Below, piece after piece: positions 33,586 through 44,442 of a DNA stretch of 64,000 nt; the first letter of the stretch is position 1; the number at the start of each line of letters is the position of its first letter. This DNA is from Syntrophobacteraceae bacterium (GTDB lineage: Bacteria > Desulfobacterota > Syntrophobacteria > Syntrophobacterales > Syntrophobacteraceae): NCBI GenBank assembly GCA_049300095.1, contig JBAQYM010000202.1, positions 5,890-69,889 on the forward strand, in the 5' to 3' direction. The translations under genes and the position numbers were made by a program. Under the pieces are notes generated by a model, which saw only the letters and a list, made by a program, of their open reading frames with translations, was not told the DNA's origin and did no database searches.

Positions 33586-36500
33586 TCACGCGGCTTGAGG
33601 TTGCTCTGATTTTTTGCCATAGGCCATGTAATAAACCAATGGAACAACGATCAGCGTGAAGAAGGTCGAAACCGCTATGCCAAAAATAAGGGCCCAGGCG
33701 AGGCCGGAAAAGATGGGGTCCAGGGTGATGGGCCAAGCCGCGAGCATGGCTGCCAGGGAGGTGAGGAAGATGGGCCGCGTCCTCAGCGCTCCGGCCTCTA
33801 TGAGAGAGCGAACGAGTGGTTTTCCTTCCTTTTTCCGTTCCTCGACGAACTCGATGAGCAGGATCGAATTGCGGGTGGCGATCCCCGACAGGGCGATCAT
33901 GCCGATCATGGCTGTCGCCGTAAAGTATACCGGATTGCCATAGCCGCCCACCGGATGGTCCGTGATCAGGTTCAAGAGCCAAAAGCCCGGAAGAATCCCG
34001 ATGACCGAAAGGGGAAGGGCAATGAGCTGGATGGCCGGGAGAAGATAACTCCCGGTCTGATAGAGAAGCAGCAGGTAAATCCCAAGCACCGCAACTCCGA
34101 AGGCAATGCCCAAATCCCGAAAGACCCGTAGCGTGATGTCCCATTCTCCTTCACCGGACCAGATAATGTCGAATCCCTTGAACTGCTCGTCCTTTCCAAC
34201 CTTGTCTTCGAGGGTAAGCACCGCATTGGGGGGAGGAAGGCCGGCTGTTTCTCCGAAGACGTAAACCACCGGCTGCAGGTTCTTGTGGTAAACGGGCTGG
34301 TCGATGACTTCGTCCTCGAAGGAGCCAAGCTCTGAGAGAAACACCGTCTCGCCTGTCATGCCCCGGATCATGAGTTGATTGAGGCTCGCCTCGAGCGCCC
34401 GATCCTTCTTTCCTAACCGCAGTTTAATGAGAACGGGATTAACTTCGTTCCCCAGACGAAGTGAGCTCGCAACCGTTCCCATTACCGTTCCCTGGAGAGT
34501 CTCGGCGATCTGCTGGTCGCTTATTCCGTGAAGCGCGGCCTTGATCCTGTCTACCCGAAAAACGGCCTTTCGCTCGGGAGCCACCAGAATATCGTCCACA
34601 TCCACCACACCCGGAGTGGACTCCATGATACGCCTGACTCCCCTGGCCGCCTGGACAAGCTCTTCGTAGGGCTGACCGATCCGGCCGTACACTTCGGCAA
34701 CCAAAGTTGCAATGACTGGAGGACCCGGCGGGCTTTCAACGATCTTGATATTGGCGCCGAAATGGTCTGCGATACGTTTGAGATCGTTCCTCAGTCTAAG
34801 GCCCAGGGCATGACTTTGCTCGGTCCTCCGTTTCTTGGCGATAAAATTGATCTGCAGGTCCCCCACGTTGGCTCCTTGCCTCAGGTAGTAGTGGCGTACC
34901 AGGCCGTTGAAGTCGACGGGACTCGCTGTTCCCGCATGCAGGCTTACATCGGTCACCTCGGGAACGCGCACCAGGTAGTCGGAAAGGGCATGAGCGGCAG
35001 CCTGAGTGGTTTCGAGAGTCGTCCCTCTGGGCATATCGATAACCACCTGGAGCTCGTTTTTATTGTCAAACGGAAGCATCTTGAGGGGTACCCGCTGGGA
35101 TAGGACCAGCCAGACGGCGAAACACAGCAAGACGGCAACAGTCCCTAAAATTCCCAGCCGAAGGCTCCTGTGGCGTATGATGGATTCAATCACGCGGTCG
35201 TAGATCTTGAAAAGAGCGCTCTCTTCAAGGGAAAAGGGCTTTTCATGGGGTCTATCGTAGACCCCGCCCAGCATGTGGAGCGAGAGCCAGGGAGTGATGG
35301 TGAAGGCGACAAGCAGACTCATGAGCATGGCGACAGGCACATTGAGCGCCATGGGAGCCATATAGGGACCCATCATCCCCGTTATGAAAAACATGGGAAT
35401 GAAAGAAATGATCACAGCCAGGGTGGCCAGGATAATGGGAGGGCGCACTTCGTTTACGGCGCTCACGACCGCTTGAAACGGCGGCTCCTTTCGCATGGAA
35501 AAATGGCGATGAATGTTTTCCACATCCACTATGGGATCGTCCACCACCAGACCGAGGGACAGGATCAGGGCAAAGAGGGTAACACGGTTGATGGTGAAGC
35601 CCAGAAAGTAGTTGATGAGCAGGGTGAAGCTGAAAGTGACCGGCACCGCGAGAGCGATGATGATTCCCTCGCGCCACCCAAGGGTGTAGGCCAAAAGCAG
35701 GACCACGATGGCAATGGCGATCAGGAGCGCTTCCACGAGATCATTCACCTTCTCATCGGCGGTATTTCCGTAGTCCCTCGTGAGACGCAGATGAACTCCC
35801 TGGGGCAGGACCTCGCGGGAGAACCGTCCGGCTTCCTTTCGCACCTCTTCCGAAACCCAGACCGCATTGGTGCCCTTCCGCTTGGCCACCGCCACCGTCA
35901 CCGAAGGGTAGTCCTTGAATGGCTCGATTCCGGACGGCAGGACCCCATGTCCGCCTTCCGCGGCTGGATCGACGGGAGAGTGGGCTTTTCTGCCAAAAGC
36001 AATGGTCGTGTAGGTTTCCGGTTCGGCCGAACCATCCCGGACCGTGGCAACCTCACTCAGATAAACGGGCCGCATCTCCCGCACCCCGACGATCAGGCTC
36101 TCGACCTCACGGACCGAAGCCAGAAAACGCCCCGCATCCAGTCGCACCTCCTCGTTACCGGAGACCAGATTTCCCGAGGAGAGCGCCACGTTAGCTCCCC
36201 GTATGGCCTGCTGAATATCCTGGATCGTTATTCCGCGGCCCGCCATGCGCTGGGGAGAGGGTTCGACCGTGATCTGCCGGGGGCGACCTCCAACGATAAA
36301 AGTGCGTCCCGCGTTTTTCACCCCCTGTAGCTGGATTTCGAGTTCCTCGGCCATACGCCGCAAGTCGTAGTCGCTATGGCTGTTGCTGTAGAGCGTGAGC
36401 TTTACGATGGGTACATCATCGATCTCGACGGGTTTGACCACCCATCCGGTCACTCCGGGTGGAACCTGGTCGATATTGGACTGGATCTTGTTGTACAGCT

Positions 36501-36909
36501 TTATCCAGCTCCTCTCCCGATCCTGCCCGACATAGAAGCGCACCGTGATGACGGCCTGGGAGGGGAAGCTTGTCGAATAAACGTATTCCACACCATCGAT
36601 CTGGTAGAGAAGCTTTTCAAGACGGGTGGAAACCTGCCGCTCAACCTCGCGGGCGGAAGCCCCCGGCATGCTCACCATCACATCGGCTATGGGAACCACG
36701 ATCTGAGGGTCTTCCTCCCTCGGAGTGATCCACAGGGCTACGGCGCCCGCAATCAGGCTGATGAGAATAAGGAGGACCGAGAGGTTGCCCCGCAGGAAGG
36801 CCACGACGATGCGGGTCATCCAGTGGTGCTGCTCGGCGTGGGGCTCGGGTTGCGGATCTTGAGGATCGGCGCTTTTCTGGTTTCCGGTATCGATTTGGAG
36901 ACCGCTCAT
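33586..36909 (-). CDS. RND efflux transporter permease (AcrB/CzcA superfamily)
   Basis: 1107-aa protein with a 12-TM architecture and two large periplasmic loops. Translationally overlaps the adaptor gene (36906-36909). Confidence 0.9.
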   Translation of the reverse strand: MSGLQIDTGNQKSADPQDPQPEPHAEQHHWMTRIVVAFLRGNLSVLLILISLIAGAVALWITPREEDPQIVVPIADVMVSMPGASAREVERQVSTRLEKLLYQIDGVEYVYSTSFPSQAVITVRFYVGQDRERSWIKLYNKIQSNIDQVPPGVTGWVVKPVEIDDVPIVKLTLYSNSHSDYDLRRMAEELEIQLQGVKNAGRTFIVGGRPRQITVEPSPQRMAGRGITIQDIQQAIRGANVALSSGNLVSGNEEVRLDAGRFLASVREVESLIVGVREMRPVYLSEVATVRDGSAEPETYTTIAFGRKAHSPVDPAAEGGHGVLPSGIEPFKDYPSVTVAVAKRKGTNAVWVSEEVRKEAGRFSREVLPQGVHLRLTRDYGNTADEKVNDLVEALLIAIAIVVLLLAYTLGWREGIIIALAVPVTFSFTLLINYFLGFTINRVTLFALILSLGLVVDDPIVDVENIHRHFSMRKEPPFQAVVSAVNEVRPPIILATLAVIISFIPMFFITGMMGPYMAPMALNVPVAMLMSLLVAFTITPWLSLHMLGGVYDRPHEKPFSLEESALFKIYDRVIESIIRHRSLRLGILGTVAVLLCFAVWLVLSQRVPLKMLPFDNKNELQVVIDMPRGTTLETTQAAAHALSDYLVRVPEVTDVSLHAGTASPVDFNGLVRHYYLRQGANVGDLQINFIAKKRRTEQSHALGLRLRNDLKRIADHFGANIKIVESPPGPPVIATLVAEVYGRIGQPYEELVQAARGVRRIMESTPGVVDVDDILVAPERKAVFRVDRIKAALHGISDQQIAETLQGTVMGTVASSLRLGNEVNPVLIKLRLGKKDRALEASLNQLMIRGMTGETVFLSELGSFEDEVIDQPVYHKNLQPVVYVFGETAGLPPPNAVLTLEDKVGKDEQFKGFDIIWSGEGEWDITLRVFRDLGIAFGVAVLGIYLLLLYQTGSYLLPAIQLIALPLSVIGILPGFWLLNLITDHPVGGYGNPVYFTATAMIGMIALSGIATRNSILLIEFVEERKKEGKPLVRSLIEAGALRTRPIFLTSLAAMLAAWPITLDPIFSGLAWALIFGIAVSTFFTLIVVPLVYYMAYGKKSEQPQAA

Positions 36910-38132
36910 GGGATGATCGCCTCCTCGCTTTCCGCGAGTCCCGAGAGCACCTCGACGAGGTCTCCGTGGCGTTCTCCGAGCGTAACGAAGCGACGTTGAG
37001 GATATCCGTCCATATCGATCACTTCTACCAGGGGAAGCTGGCCGACTTGACTCACGGCTTCAGAGGGAATTACCAGTGCGTCATATTGGCCATAAGGGAT
37101 TCGAAGACGCCCGAAGAGGCCGTTTACCAGCCGCTGCTCGGCCGGCAGGCTTACTTTCACGAGGACCGTCCGAGTACTGGGGTCCGACTGGGGAACGATT
37201 TCCCGGATTGTTCCCACTGAAGTCAGATTCAGGGCATCGATACGAACCTCCAGATCCTGCCCCGTTTTCAGGTATTGAATGAGGGATTCGGAGAGGGCGG
37301 CATGCAGTTCGGGACGGGAAGGCGTTTCCAGGAAAAAGATCGTTTGACCGGGGGATGCCATATCGCCCACGTTTAGCATCTTTCTGACCACCTGGCCGGT
37401 GAAGGGGGCCTGGATCACGGTGTAGCTAAGCATGGCCCGGGTCTCGGCAATGGCGGCCTCCGTCTGCTCCTTCTGGGCCTGGGCCCTTGCAATTTCGCCC
37501 TGGGCCGCCTGTACTTCCTGGAGCGCCGCGGCTGCCCGGGCTTCGGCTATGTCCTTCCGAGCACGGGCATGATCCAGTTGCTGGCCGGTTGCGGCCTGAT
37601 TGCGCTTCAGGTCCTGGTAGCGACGATAATCGGAGAGCTCCTTTTCCTTACTGGCGCGCGTGGATTCCACTTGCGCCCTGGCTGCCGCCATTTTTGCGCG
37701 GGCCACCTCCACGGCCCGGTCCATGGCAATGCACTGCGACTGAGCCTGCCGAAGCTTCGCCTGGATGTCCCGGTCATCCAGGCGAGCCAGGATGGTCGGT
37801 TTGTCATTCTCATCGCTTCCGACGACTTTATCCCCTTCTCGAACGAGGATCTCTTTAACCTGGGCCATGATTCGGCTGGAAACCTGAGCCTCGTTCCGGG
37901 ATCGAAGACTCCCCACCTGATCGATAACCAGAGGATAAACCCTGCGTTCGACCTTCACCGTGTTCAACTTTCCAGCGTGCGGTTTTGCCTCCGGCGGCCC
38001 GGGTTCGACTTTCCGGACGAAAGCTCCGGCAAGCCACATCATCATGGCGATCAAAAGAACCAGTACCCCCAGCCCCTTGGCCGCCTCGTGCAAAATGGCG
38101 CGCTTGTCCCGGTCTTGCGATGGTTCACTCAT
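36906..38132 (-). CDS. RND efflux periplasmic adaptor (membrane fusion protein)
   Basis: N-terminal anchor, a long coiled-coil (AKLRQAQSQ...AAARAQVES...AEARAAAALQEVQAAQGEIARAQAQKEQTEAAIAE) and beta-barrel segments. Confidence 0.85.
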   Translation of the reverse strand: MSEPSQDRDKRAILHEAAKGLGVLVLLIAMMMWLAGAFVRKVEPGPPEAKPHAGKLNTVKVERRVYPLVIDQVGSLRSRNEAQVSSRIMAQVKEILVREGDKVVGSDENDKPTILARLDDRDIQAKLRQAQSQCIAMDRAVEVARAKMAAARAQVESTRASKEKELSDYRRYQDLKRNQAATGQQLDHARARKDIAEARAAAALQEVQAAQGEIARAQAQKEQTEAAIAETRAMLSYTVIQAPFTGQVVRKMLNVGDMASPGQTIFFLETPSRPELHAALSESLIQYLKTGQDLEVRIDALNLTSVGTIREIVPQSDPSTRTVLVKVSLPAEQRLVNGLFGRLRIPYGQYDALVIPSEAVSQVGQLPLVEVIDMDGYPQRRFVTLGERHGDLVEVLSGLAESEEAIIP

Positions 38133-39612
38133 TGTGCGCCTCCGTCAGTATTCCTTCGGCAAAGTCGCCCAGCGATTGCTTGAGCAGCGCCCGGGAGATC
38201 TTTACTTCAAAGAGCGCGGCTGTGTAAGAGACCTCGGCGCGGGTCCAGGCCACATCCGCTTGAAGCAGCGAATCCACCGTCACCACCTGGTTGCGGTATA
38301 GATACCTCACTTCTTCGAGGGCCTTTTCAGCCCATTGCCTCCTTTCTTCCGCGACCGCCAGCTTCTCTGTTGCTTCCTGAACAGCCAGGGCAGCCTGGTT
38401 GACCTCAAGGGCGATATCCAGGGCTACCTGTTCGCCTCGGGCCTCGATTTCCTTGAGGCGATTGCGTGCCTCGCGGATTTTGGAAAGGGTGGCCCCTCCT
38501 TCAAAGATCGGCCATGTGGCTTGAAGGCCCACCATCCAACTCTCGGCGCTCTTGCCCAGAGACTCCGAATCCCATTGGCGCCAGGTGGTTGCTCCTATTT
38601 TCGGCAACAGCCCACCGCGAGCGGATTTAACCCTTTCTCCCGCGGATTGGATCAGGGATCGAGCGGCTGCCATCTCCGGGCGGCTGTCCAATGCCTTTTT
38701 CACCAAATCACCCGTGTCTTCCGAAACTTTTTCGAGAAGAGACTGCGTAGAGGTAATCCGCGCCGGATCGGGGACTTCTTCGGGTCGAATGGATCTGGCC
38801 AGAAGCCGCTCAAGTCCGGCCTGGAATTTTCGTGCCCCCGTGCGGGCGGTGACCAAATGGTCATGGGCTTCGGAGGTTCGCACCTTGAGGCGAAGGACCT
38901 CGCTTGGCAAAGCCATCTCCGCATGGAGGCGGGCTTCGCCCAGGCGTTCATCGGTCCTGGCCGCATCGAGAGCCCGCTCGGCTACTCCAATGAAGCCGAG
39001 TCCTTGCAACCAGCGGTAGTAAGTTTCACATACTTTGGCCACCAGACGATTACGGCCCGCTTGCAGTTCGGCCTTAACTGAACCGTGCTGCCCGAGTGCC
39101 GCCTTTCGGCCATACCACTGGCTTCCTCCCTCGAAAAGCACCCATTCTCCCTGAATCCTTGAGGCCACATTCTGCTGTTGGCCCGGATCGTTGAAATTGA
39201 TAAGGGGATTGAAGCGCCTTTGGTTGACGATATTCATGAGGGCATAGACGGGATTATCCGTGACGTTGAAATCCTCGGAAAGCACCAGCCGCGGATAGAA
39301 GGCTGCCTCGGCCTGCAGCACCTGCTCGGATGCCGCGCCGATTCGCTGTTGGATTTGCTCCAGTTCCGGACTGGCTCTCAAGGCTTCTTCGATGGCTCGA
39401 TCCACTGTGAGAGGTCCGATCCGAGTCTCCGCGGGAAGGGGGGGGAATTCTTCACGCTGTTTCAAGATCCGACTGGTGGGCAAGGGCTCTTTTTCTTTGA
39501 CGATTATTTGATCTTGCCACGCACAGCCCTGTAATCCCACTGCGATTGCCAGCAACACACAGAGCGCACTCGGAATGAAGCACCCGATCGTATCATACAA
39601 ACGTCCGCCCAC
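38125..39612 (-). CDS. TolC-family outer-membrane efflux protein (lipoprotein)
   Basis: Lipobox GLQGC. Two repeats of coiled-coil/beta segments. Overlaps the adaptor gene by 8 nt. Confidence 0.85.
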   Translation of the reverse strand: MGGRLYDTIGCFIPSALCVLLAIAVGLQGCAWQDQIIVKEKEPLPTSRILKQREEFPPLPAETRIGPLTVDRAIEEALRASPELEQIQQRIGAASEQVLQAEAAFYPRLVLSEDFNVTDNPVYALMNIVNQRRFNPLINFNDPGQQQNVASRIQGEWVLFEGGSQWYGRKAALGQHGSVKAELQAGRNRLVAKVCETYYRWLQGLGFIGVAERALDAARTDERLGEARLHAEMALPSEVLRLKVRTSEAHDHLVTARTGARKFQAGLERLLARSIRPEEVPDPARITSTQSLLEKVSEDTGDLVKKALDSRPEMAAARSLIQSAGERVKSARGGLLPKIGATTWRQWDSESLGKSAESWMVGLQATWPIFEGGATLSKIREARNRLKEIEARGEQVALDIALEVNQAALAVQEATEKLAVAEERRQWAEKALEEVRYLYRNQVVTVDSLLQADVAWTRAEVSYTAALFEVKISRALLKQSLGDFAEGILTEAHNE

Positions 39613-39702
39613 GCTTATCCCCTCCAGACACGATTCATATTGAAAGAACTCCAGGAACCAGGGCTGATAAAGATCTGTGCGAGGGAACCCGCTTAGACCC
39701 GT

Positions 39703-40038
39703 TCACGAAGAGTGCCCTCCGGTACTCCATCGTGTTTGCTTCTTGGCCGGTGTCACGGTCAGGACCAATCCATCGACTTTTTGCACCACGGCCGTATCGC
39801 CCGGCCGCAATGGCGCGGAGCATACGGCATTCCAGAGTTCTCCCTCCAAGAGAACTTGCCCCCGTCCATCGCGCCAGTCTTTCACCTCGACCAATTTGCC
39901 CGGAATGCCGTCAACCCCGCAGGGGGACTTCCTGTTGCGGGCAACAAACGCCCATACCAAGGGGAAAAGAATATGTTCGATCAACTCAAAAAGGACAATC
40001 CCTACGATCAGGATCGCCAAAATGTTACCCATCATCAA
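39703..40038 (-). CDS. NfeD-like membrane protein (TM plus C-terminal OB-fold)
   Basis: N-terminal helices ILAILIVGIVLFELIEHILFPLVWAF. C-terminal GKLVEVKDWRDGRGQVLLEGELWNAVCSAPLRPGDTAVVQKVDGLVLTV. Confidence 0.7.
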   Translation of the reverse strand: MMMGNILAILIVGIVLFELIEHILFPLVWAFVARNRKSPCGVDGIPGKLVEVKDWRDGRGQVLLEGELWNAVCSAPLRPGDTAVVQKVDGLVLTVTPAKKQTRWSTGGHSS

Positions 40039-40057
40039 TCTGTCTCGAATCCAAGAG

Positions 40058-40387
40058 TCATTGCATCCGGCCCTTCCCCATGCCGCCTCGGCCCATCCCC
40101 TTCCCCGAACAGAACTCTTCTTTACTCAACTTGCCATCACCGTTCTTATCCCTGGATTCAAATACCTCCTCGCCATGGCCTCCGGGATGGTCCGCAGCCA
40201 TAAATTCCTTGCTGGTTAACACTCCATCATGATTTGCATCCATGGCATCGAAACGGTCCATGCATCTCATCCTGGGGGCGGGCTGAACTGGCTGTGAAGA
40301 CTGGCTTTGTGCTGCTACCCAGCCCGTTCCAACCAGCACCAAAAGGATCAGCAGACCTAAAATCATGCTCATTGCCCTCATTTTCAT
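40058..40387 (-). CDS. Secreted EF-hand calcium-binding protein
   Basis: Signal peptide MKMRAMSMILGLLILLVLVGTGWVAA. Two canonical loops: DANHDGVLTSKEF and DKNGDGKLSKEEF. AAAGGAGG upstream. Confidence 0.7.
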   Translation of the reverse strand: MKMRAMSMILGLLILLVLVGTGWVAAQSQSSQPVQPAPRMRCMDRFDAMDANHDGVLTSKEFMAADHPGGHGEEVFESRDKNGDGKLSKEEFCSGKGMGRGGMGKGRMQ

Positions 40388-41165
40388 TTTGGCCTCCTTT
40401 GTGGTCTCCCTTTGCGGCGATTTGCCCAGCGGAATTACAATAGCATCGGGCTTTTTCCAGCTCAATGCGTTTTTCATTTGCCGGTAAGTTGCATCTCTTG
40501 CCGGTGATCTTCTGGCCCTCAAATCAAAAAAGCCGCCGGATCGTCATTTTCAAGGCTTATCTCATGTGTTCTGAGGAGTCGGGTTTGAGTATGGTTGAGG
40601 CCGAGAAAATGGTTGCGAGGTGGCAGTATTTAGTTTGCAGTTCCGTTGGACCGGGAGGGGTTGGACGTGATAAGGCATTTTTCATTGGTATTCTTTTTGA
40701 GAGTTGGACGGAAGTACGATCTATTCCTGACTGACCCCCCCGGGACCCCTTCTCTCAGGGTTTACCGGGCCGGCCGTGGTTTCCATATAGGGAGAGCGGG
40801 AACGGGGGAGGTGCGCCGGTTCTCGATTCCGCTCCTTTGGCAGGTCCGGTCAGCCCCAAGAATACTCAAGCTCTCTTACCACCGTACGTGACAAACTTGT
40901 CGAAAGTGGCGTACACTCCGGGTCAGCGGCAGTTTACATATCTTGCCGGAACCGAAAATTCCCTCTCCTCCGAGGCTGCTTGCACAATGATTCGGAAACG
41001 CCGAGGATTTCGGCTCTCTAGTGCTCGGGGTTCAGGAGAGAAATCTTCGGCTGAATCCCTCTCTACAAATGAATAGGCAGTATGATTGCCAACGACAAAG
41101 CTCACCGGCCGCTTTGAAGCGTAGCGGAATCGCCGTCCGGTGTAGCGCCTTGTTAGATGGCTTCC

Positions 41166-44100
41166 TCACGCCGCCGCATACACGCTGCGCCCCGCGCCAT
41201 AATACGCATCATAGACGTGCTGGAACACAGCCGTCGTTTTTTGCTCGAACAATTCCGGCGTGAATGCTCTCGGCAAGCCCTGGTCCAGAACCTTCTCGAT
41301 AGTCACCCGCACCTCGGCGCGGGCCTGCTGGCGTTTGCGCCAATCCAGCACGAGTTTGCCCGCCTTGAGCGTGGCCAACAATTCCCGGGCCGTGGACTTC
41401 ACCTTGTCCCGGTCCGCGTCGCTCATTTCAATCCGTGGTTTGGTCAAGAGGTCAAAGAGCGCCAGTTCCTCTTCATCGAGTTGTTCGCCTATGCCCCGCT
41501 TCTCTTCTTCATTCAGGCTCCGGGCGAAGGCCGTCAGTTGCTGGAAAAACTCCTCGGCGTTGAGGCTGCCGGCGTTGTAGGCGTCTATCATTTCCTGGAA
41601 CCGCTCCAAATAATCTATGCGCGTGCGGTTGAGCCGCACCAGGGCCATGAGTTTTTGCGCCACCGTAGCCTTGAGTTTTTCGTTCATGGTGCGCCTGCGG
41701 CCCGTCTTGAATTTCTCCGCCAGCTTCTCAAAATCAATGTTGCTCAGGTCGATCAATTTCTCGTCGCCAAAAGGTGCGTTCGGCTCGTGGATGATGTAGC
41801 CCTCAGTGGCAATCGACCTATCTAGCAGTTCTTCCACCTGCTGCATGACCTGGGAGATGTCCGCTACCGGCGTTAGAGCGCGGATTTTATCGGCGACGAC
41901 CTGCACGGGCGTTACTTGGGCGGCAAACTCCCGTGCGGCCGGGTCGGGCAGCACGGCCTTGTAGAGCCTCTGCACGGTGTTGGCCAGATCAAGATAGCGG
42001 CGTTTGATCTCCTCGGGGACCACCAGCGCCTCCACTGCGTCGTCGAGCAGGCCGACGCGGGCAAATCCCCCGGCAGTCTGGATGTCCGTGAGGTTCACCC
42101 CTTGTTCCCGACACAAGCCCCGCGTTTCTCCCAAAGCCTGCCGCAACGCCGCCACCAATGCGGCCTTGTCCTCCACCGGCTTGTCGCCGCCGCCCCCTGC
42201 GCCGTAAATGGCAAGCGCCCGCTCCAGGTTGCGGAACACCCCGGCATAGTCCACGATCAGGCCGCTCACCTTGCCGGGATAGACCCGGTTGGCTCTGGCT
42301 ATGGTCTGCATCAGCGTGTGGTTGCGCATGGGTTTGTCGAGATACAACGTCGAACAGCTCGGAACATCGAAGCCTGTCATCCACATGGCGCAGACAAAGA
42401 CCAGGCGGAAGGGGTCGTCCGGTTTTTTGAATTTCGTCTCCAGGTCTTCCTCCACCATGCGCTTGCGGTGCGGGCGGATGTCCAGCCCCTTCTCGGCCAT
42501 CTCGGCGATCTCGTTCTGCCCCTGAGAAACGACCACGGCCATGTCGGTTTCTTTCATGCGGGCGATGCGCTCTTCGATCTCCCCGCGTGCGTTATCGTCC
42601 GCCCCGGCCCATTCCGCCCGCAACGCCGCGATCTTCACCGCCCAATGCTTCTTCACCTTGTCGTACATGCGGACGGCCGTGGCCTTGTCGATGCAGATCA
42701 TCATGGCCTTGCCCTGAAAGCCCCGCCCCGTGAAGTGCGCCACCAGGTCTTCCGCCACCGCCTCCAGACGGTCGTCGCGCGTGATCAGGTGGTACTCGCG
42801 GGCGAACTCCCGCTCCAGTTTCTTCTCTTGCGCCTCGTCCAGTTCCGCCTCTTCCAGCAGGCGTTCCATGTCCTCGTTGAGGTTTTCGTTGACCAGTTGC
42901 AGTTCCGGGATGCGGTTCTCGTAGTAGAGCGGCACCGTGGCGCCGTCGGCCACCGATTGCCGGAAGTCATAGACGCTGACGTAATCGCCGAAGACCTGGC
43001 GGGTTTTTTCCTCGCCGACAATCAGTGGCGTGCCGGTAAAAGCGAGGAAGGCGGCGTTGGGCAGCGCCGTGCGCATGTTCAGGGCCAGCGTGTCGTACTG
43101 GCTGCGGTGCGCCTCGTCGGTGATGACGATAATATCCCGCCGCTCGGAAAGAACCGGGTGCTCCTCGCCTTTCTCGGTTCGGAACTTGTGGATCAGCGTG
43201 AAGACGTAGCGGTGGTCCTCCATGAGCAACTGCCGCAGGTGCTTGCTGCTTTCCGCCTGGGCGTGGCCTTCGGTCACCACCCCCGCCGAAGCAAAATGCT
43301 TGTAAATCTGCCCGTCCAGTTCCTGCCGGTCGGTCACCACCACGAAGGTCCAGTTTCCCGGTACTTTTCGCAGCACCTTCTGGGCGAAGTACATCATTGA
43401 AACGCTCTTGCCGCTGCCCTGGGTATGCCAGAAAACGCCCAGCTTGCCTTCCCGCTGCCGGATATCGGTCAGGGCCTCCAGCGCGTTATTGACGCCAAGG
43501 TACTGGTGATTCATGGCCGTCAACTTGATCAGCCCGCCGGGAGCTTCCTGAAACAGGGTGAAGTTCTCCACCAGGTCCAGGAGCCGCGCCGGGTCGCAAA
43601 CGCCGCGCAGCATGGTCTCCAGAGACACCCGCCCCGCTTCGTCCTCGCTGCCCACCTTCTTCCATTCGGCGAAGTGCTCCCAACCGGCGGTCATGCTGCC
43701 CACCCGGCTCTGGCTGCCGTTGGAAAGAATAATCAGGGCGTTGGGCCAGAAAAGCCGCGGCACGGTGTCCCTGTAGTCGCGCAGGTTGCCCGTGTAGGCG
43801 GTCTCCAAACGGCGGTGGGCGGCCTTGAGTTCGATAAAGACCAGCGGCAGGCCGTTGACAAAGCCCACCAGGTCGGCCCGTCGCGTGTGCATTTCGCCCG
43901 TGACCCAGAACTGCGAGCAGAGCAAAAAGTCGTTATTGGCCGGATCGTCCCAATCCACAACCCGCACCACTTCCACCGTCTCACCCTCGCCCTCGGGATC
44001 AGAGACGGGGACGCGCACGCCGTTTTTGAGCAGGTGGTAGATTTCGCGGTTGGCGGCTACCGGGTTCATGCGCGAGCGGTCGCGGGTCAATTCCTCGATG

Positions 44101-44366
44101 GCCTCGCCGATAACCTCGGGCGGCGCGTTCGGGTTGAGCCGCTGTAAGGCAAGGCGCAAACGGGCGGACAGGATGACCTCTGCCTTGGTCTCTCTCCCCA
44201 GCGCGCTTGCGCCGCGGTCGAACTCGTGATAGGCGTTGAACGTCTCCCAGCCCAACTCCGCCAGCAGGGCGGTGGCCGGTTGCTCAACCAGGGTGTCTTC
44301 GGTGTACTTCGACACTTTTCCTCCCTCGCAATGAGACGATAAGACTTGACTTTTGCGTTCGGCCAA
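41166..44366 (-). CDS. hsdR: Type I restriction enzyme R subunit
   Basis: Helicase motifs HTQGSGKS (Walker A) and VITDEAHRSQ (DEAH). 1066 aa. Lies downstream of hsdM-hsdS. Confidence 0.9.
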   Translation of the reverse strand: MAERKSQVLSSHCEGGKVSKYTEDTLVEQPATALLAELGWETFNAYHEFDRGASALGRETKAEVILSARLRLALQRLNPNAPPEVIGEAIEELTRDRSRMNPVAANREIYHLLKNGVRVPVSDPEGEGETVEVVRVVDWDDPANNDFLLCSQFWVTGEMHTRRADLVGFVNGLPLVFIELKAAHRRLETAYTGNLRDYRDTVPRLFWPNALIILSNGSQSRVGSMTAGWEHFAEWKKVGSEDEAGRVSLETMLRGVCDPARLLDLVENFTLFQEAPGGLIKLTAMNHQYLGVNNALEALTDIRQREGKLGVFWHTQGSGKSVSMMYFAQKVLRKVPGNWTFVVVTDRQELDGQIYKHFASAGVVTEGHAQAESSKHLRQLLMEDHRYVFTLIHKFRTEKGEEHPVLSERRDIIVITDEAHRSQYDTLALNMRTALPNAAFLAFTGTPLIVGEEKTRQVFGDYVSVYDFRQSVADGATVPLYYENRIPELQLVNENLNEDMERLLEEAELDEAQEKKLEREFAREYHLITRDDRLEAVAEDLVAHFTGRGFQGKAMMICIDKATAVRMYDKVKKHWAVKIAALRAEWAGADDNARGEIEERIARMKETDMAVVVSQGQNEIAEMAEKGLDIRPHRKRMVEEDLETKFKKPDDPFRLVFVCAMWMTGFDVPSCSTLYLDKPMRNHTLMQTIARANRVYPGKVSGLIVDYAGVFRNLERALAIYGAGGGGDKPVEDKAALVAALRQALGETRGLCREQGVNLTDIQTAGGFARVGLLDDAVEALVVPEEIKRRYLDLANTVQRLYKAVLPDPAAREFAAQVTPVQVVADKIRALTPVADISQVMQQVEELLDRSIATEGYIIHEPNAPFGDEKLIDLSNIDFEKLAEKFKTGRRRTMNEKLKATVAQKLMALVRLNRTRIDYLERFQEMIDAYNAGSLNAEEFFQQLTAFARSLNEEEKRGIGEQLDEEELALFDLLTKPRIEMSDADRDKVKSTARELLATLKAGKLVLDWRKRQQARAEVRVTIEKVLDQGLPRAFTPELFEQKTTAVFQHVYDAYYGAGRSVYAAA

Positions 44367-44442
44367 CCGATATTATTTACAGTTCAACCACCATGCGTGG
44401 AAGGAGTTACGAAGCCGTCCTACTGGGCGGCTTCAGCCTTTT

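Noticed and set aside
41916-43400. 494-aa plus-strand ORF inside hsdR
   Set aside because: It is antisense to a CDS with clear helicase motifs (GSGKS, DEAH). Its composition is low-complexity and Arg/His-rich.
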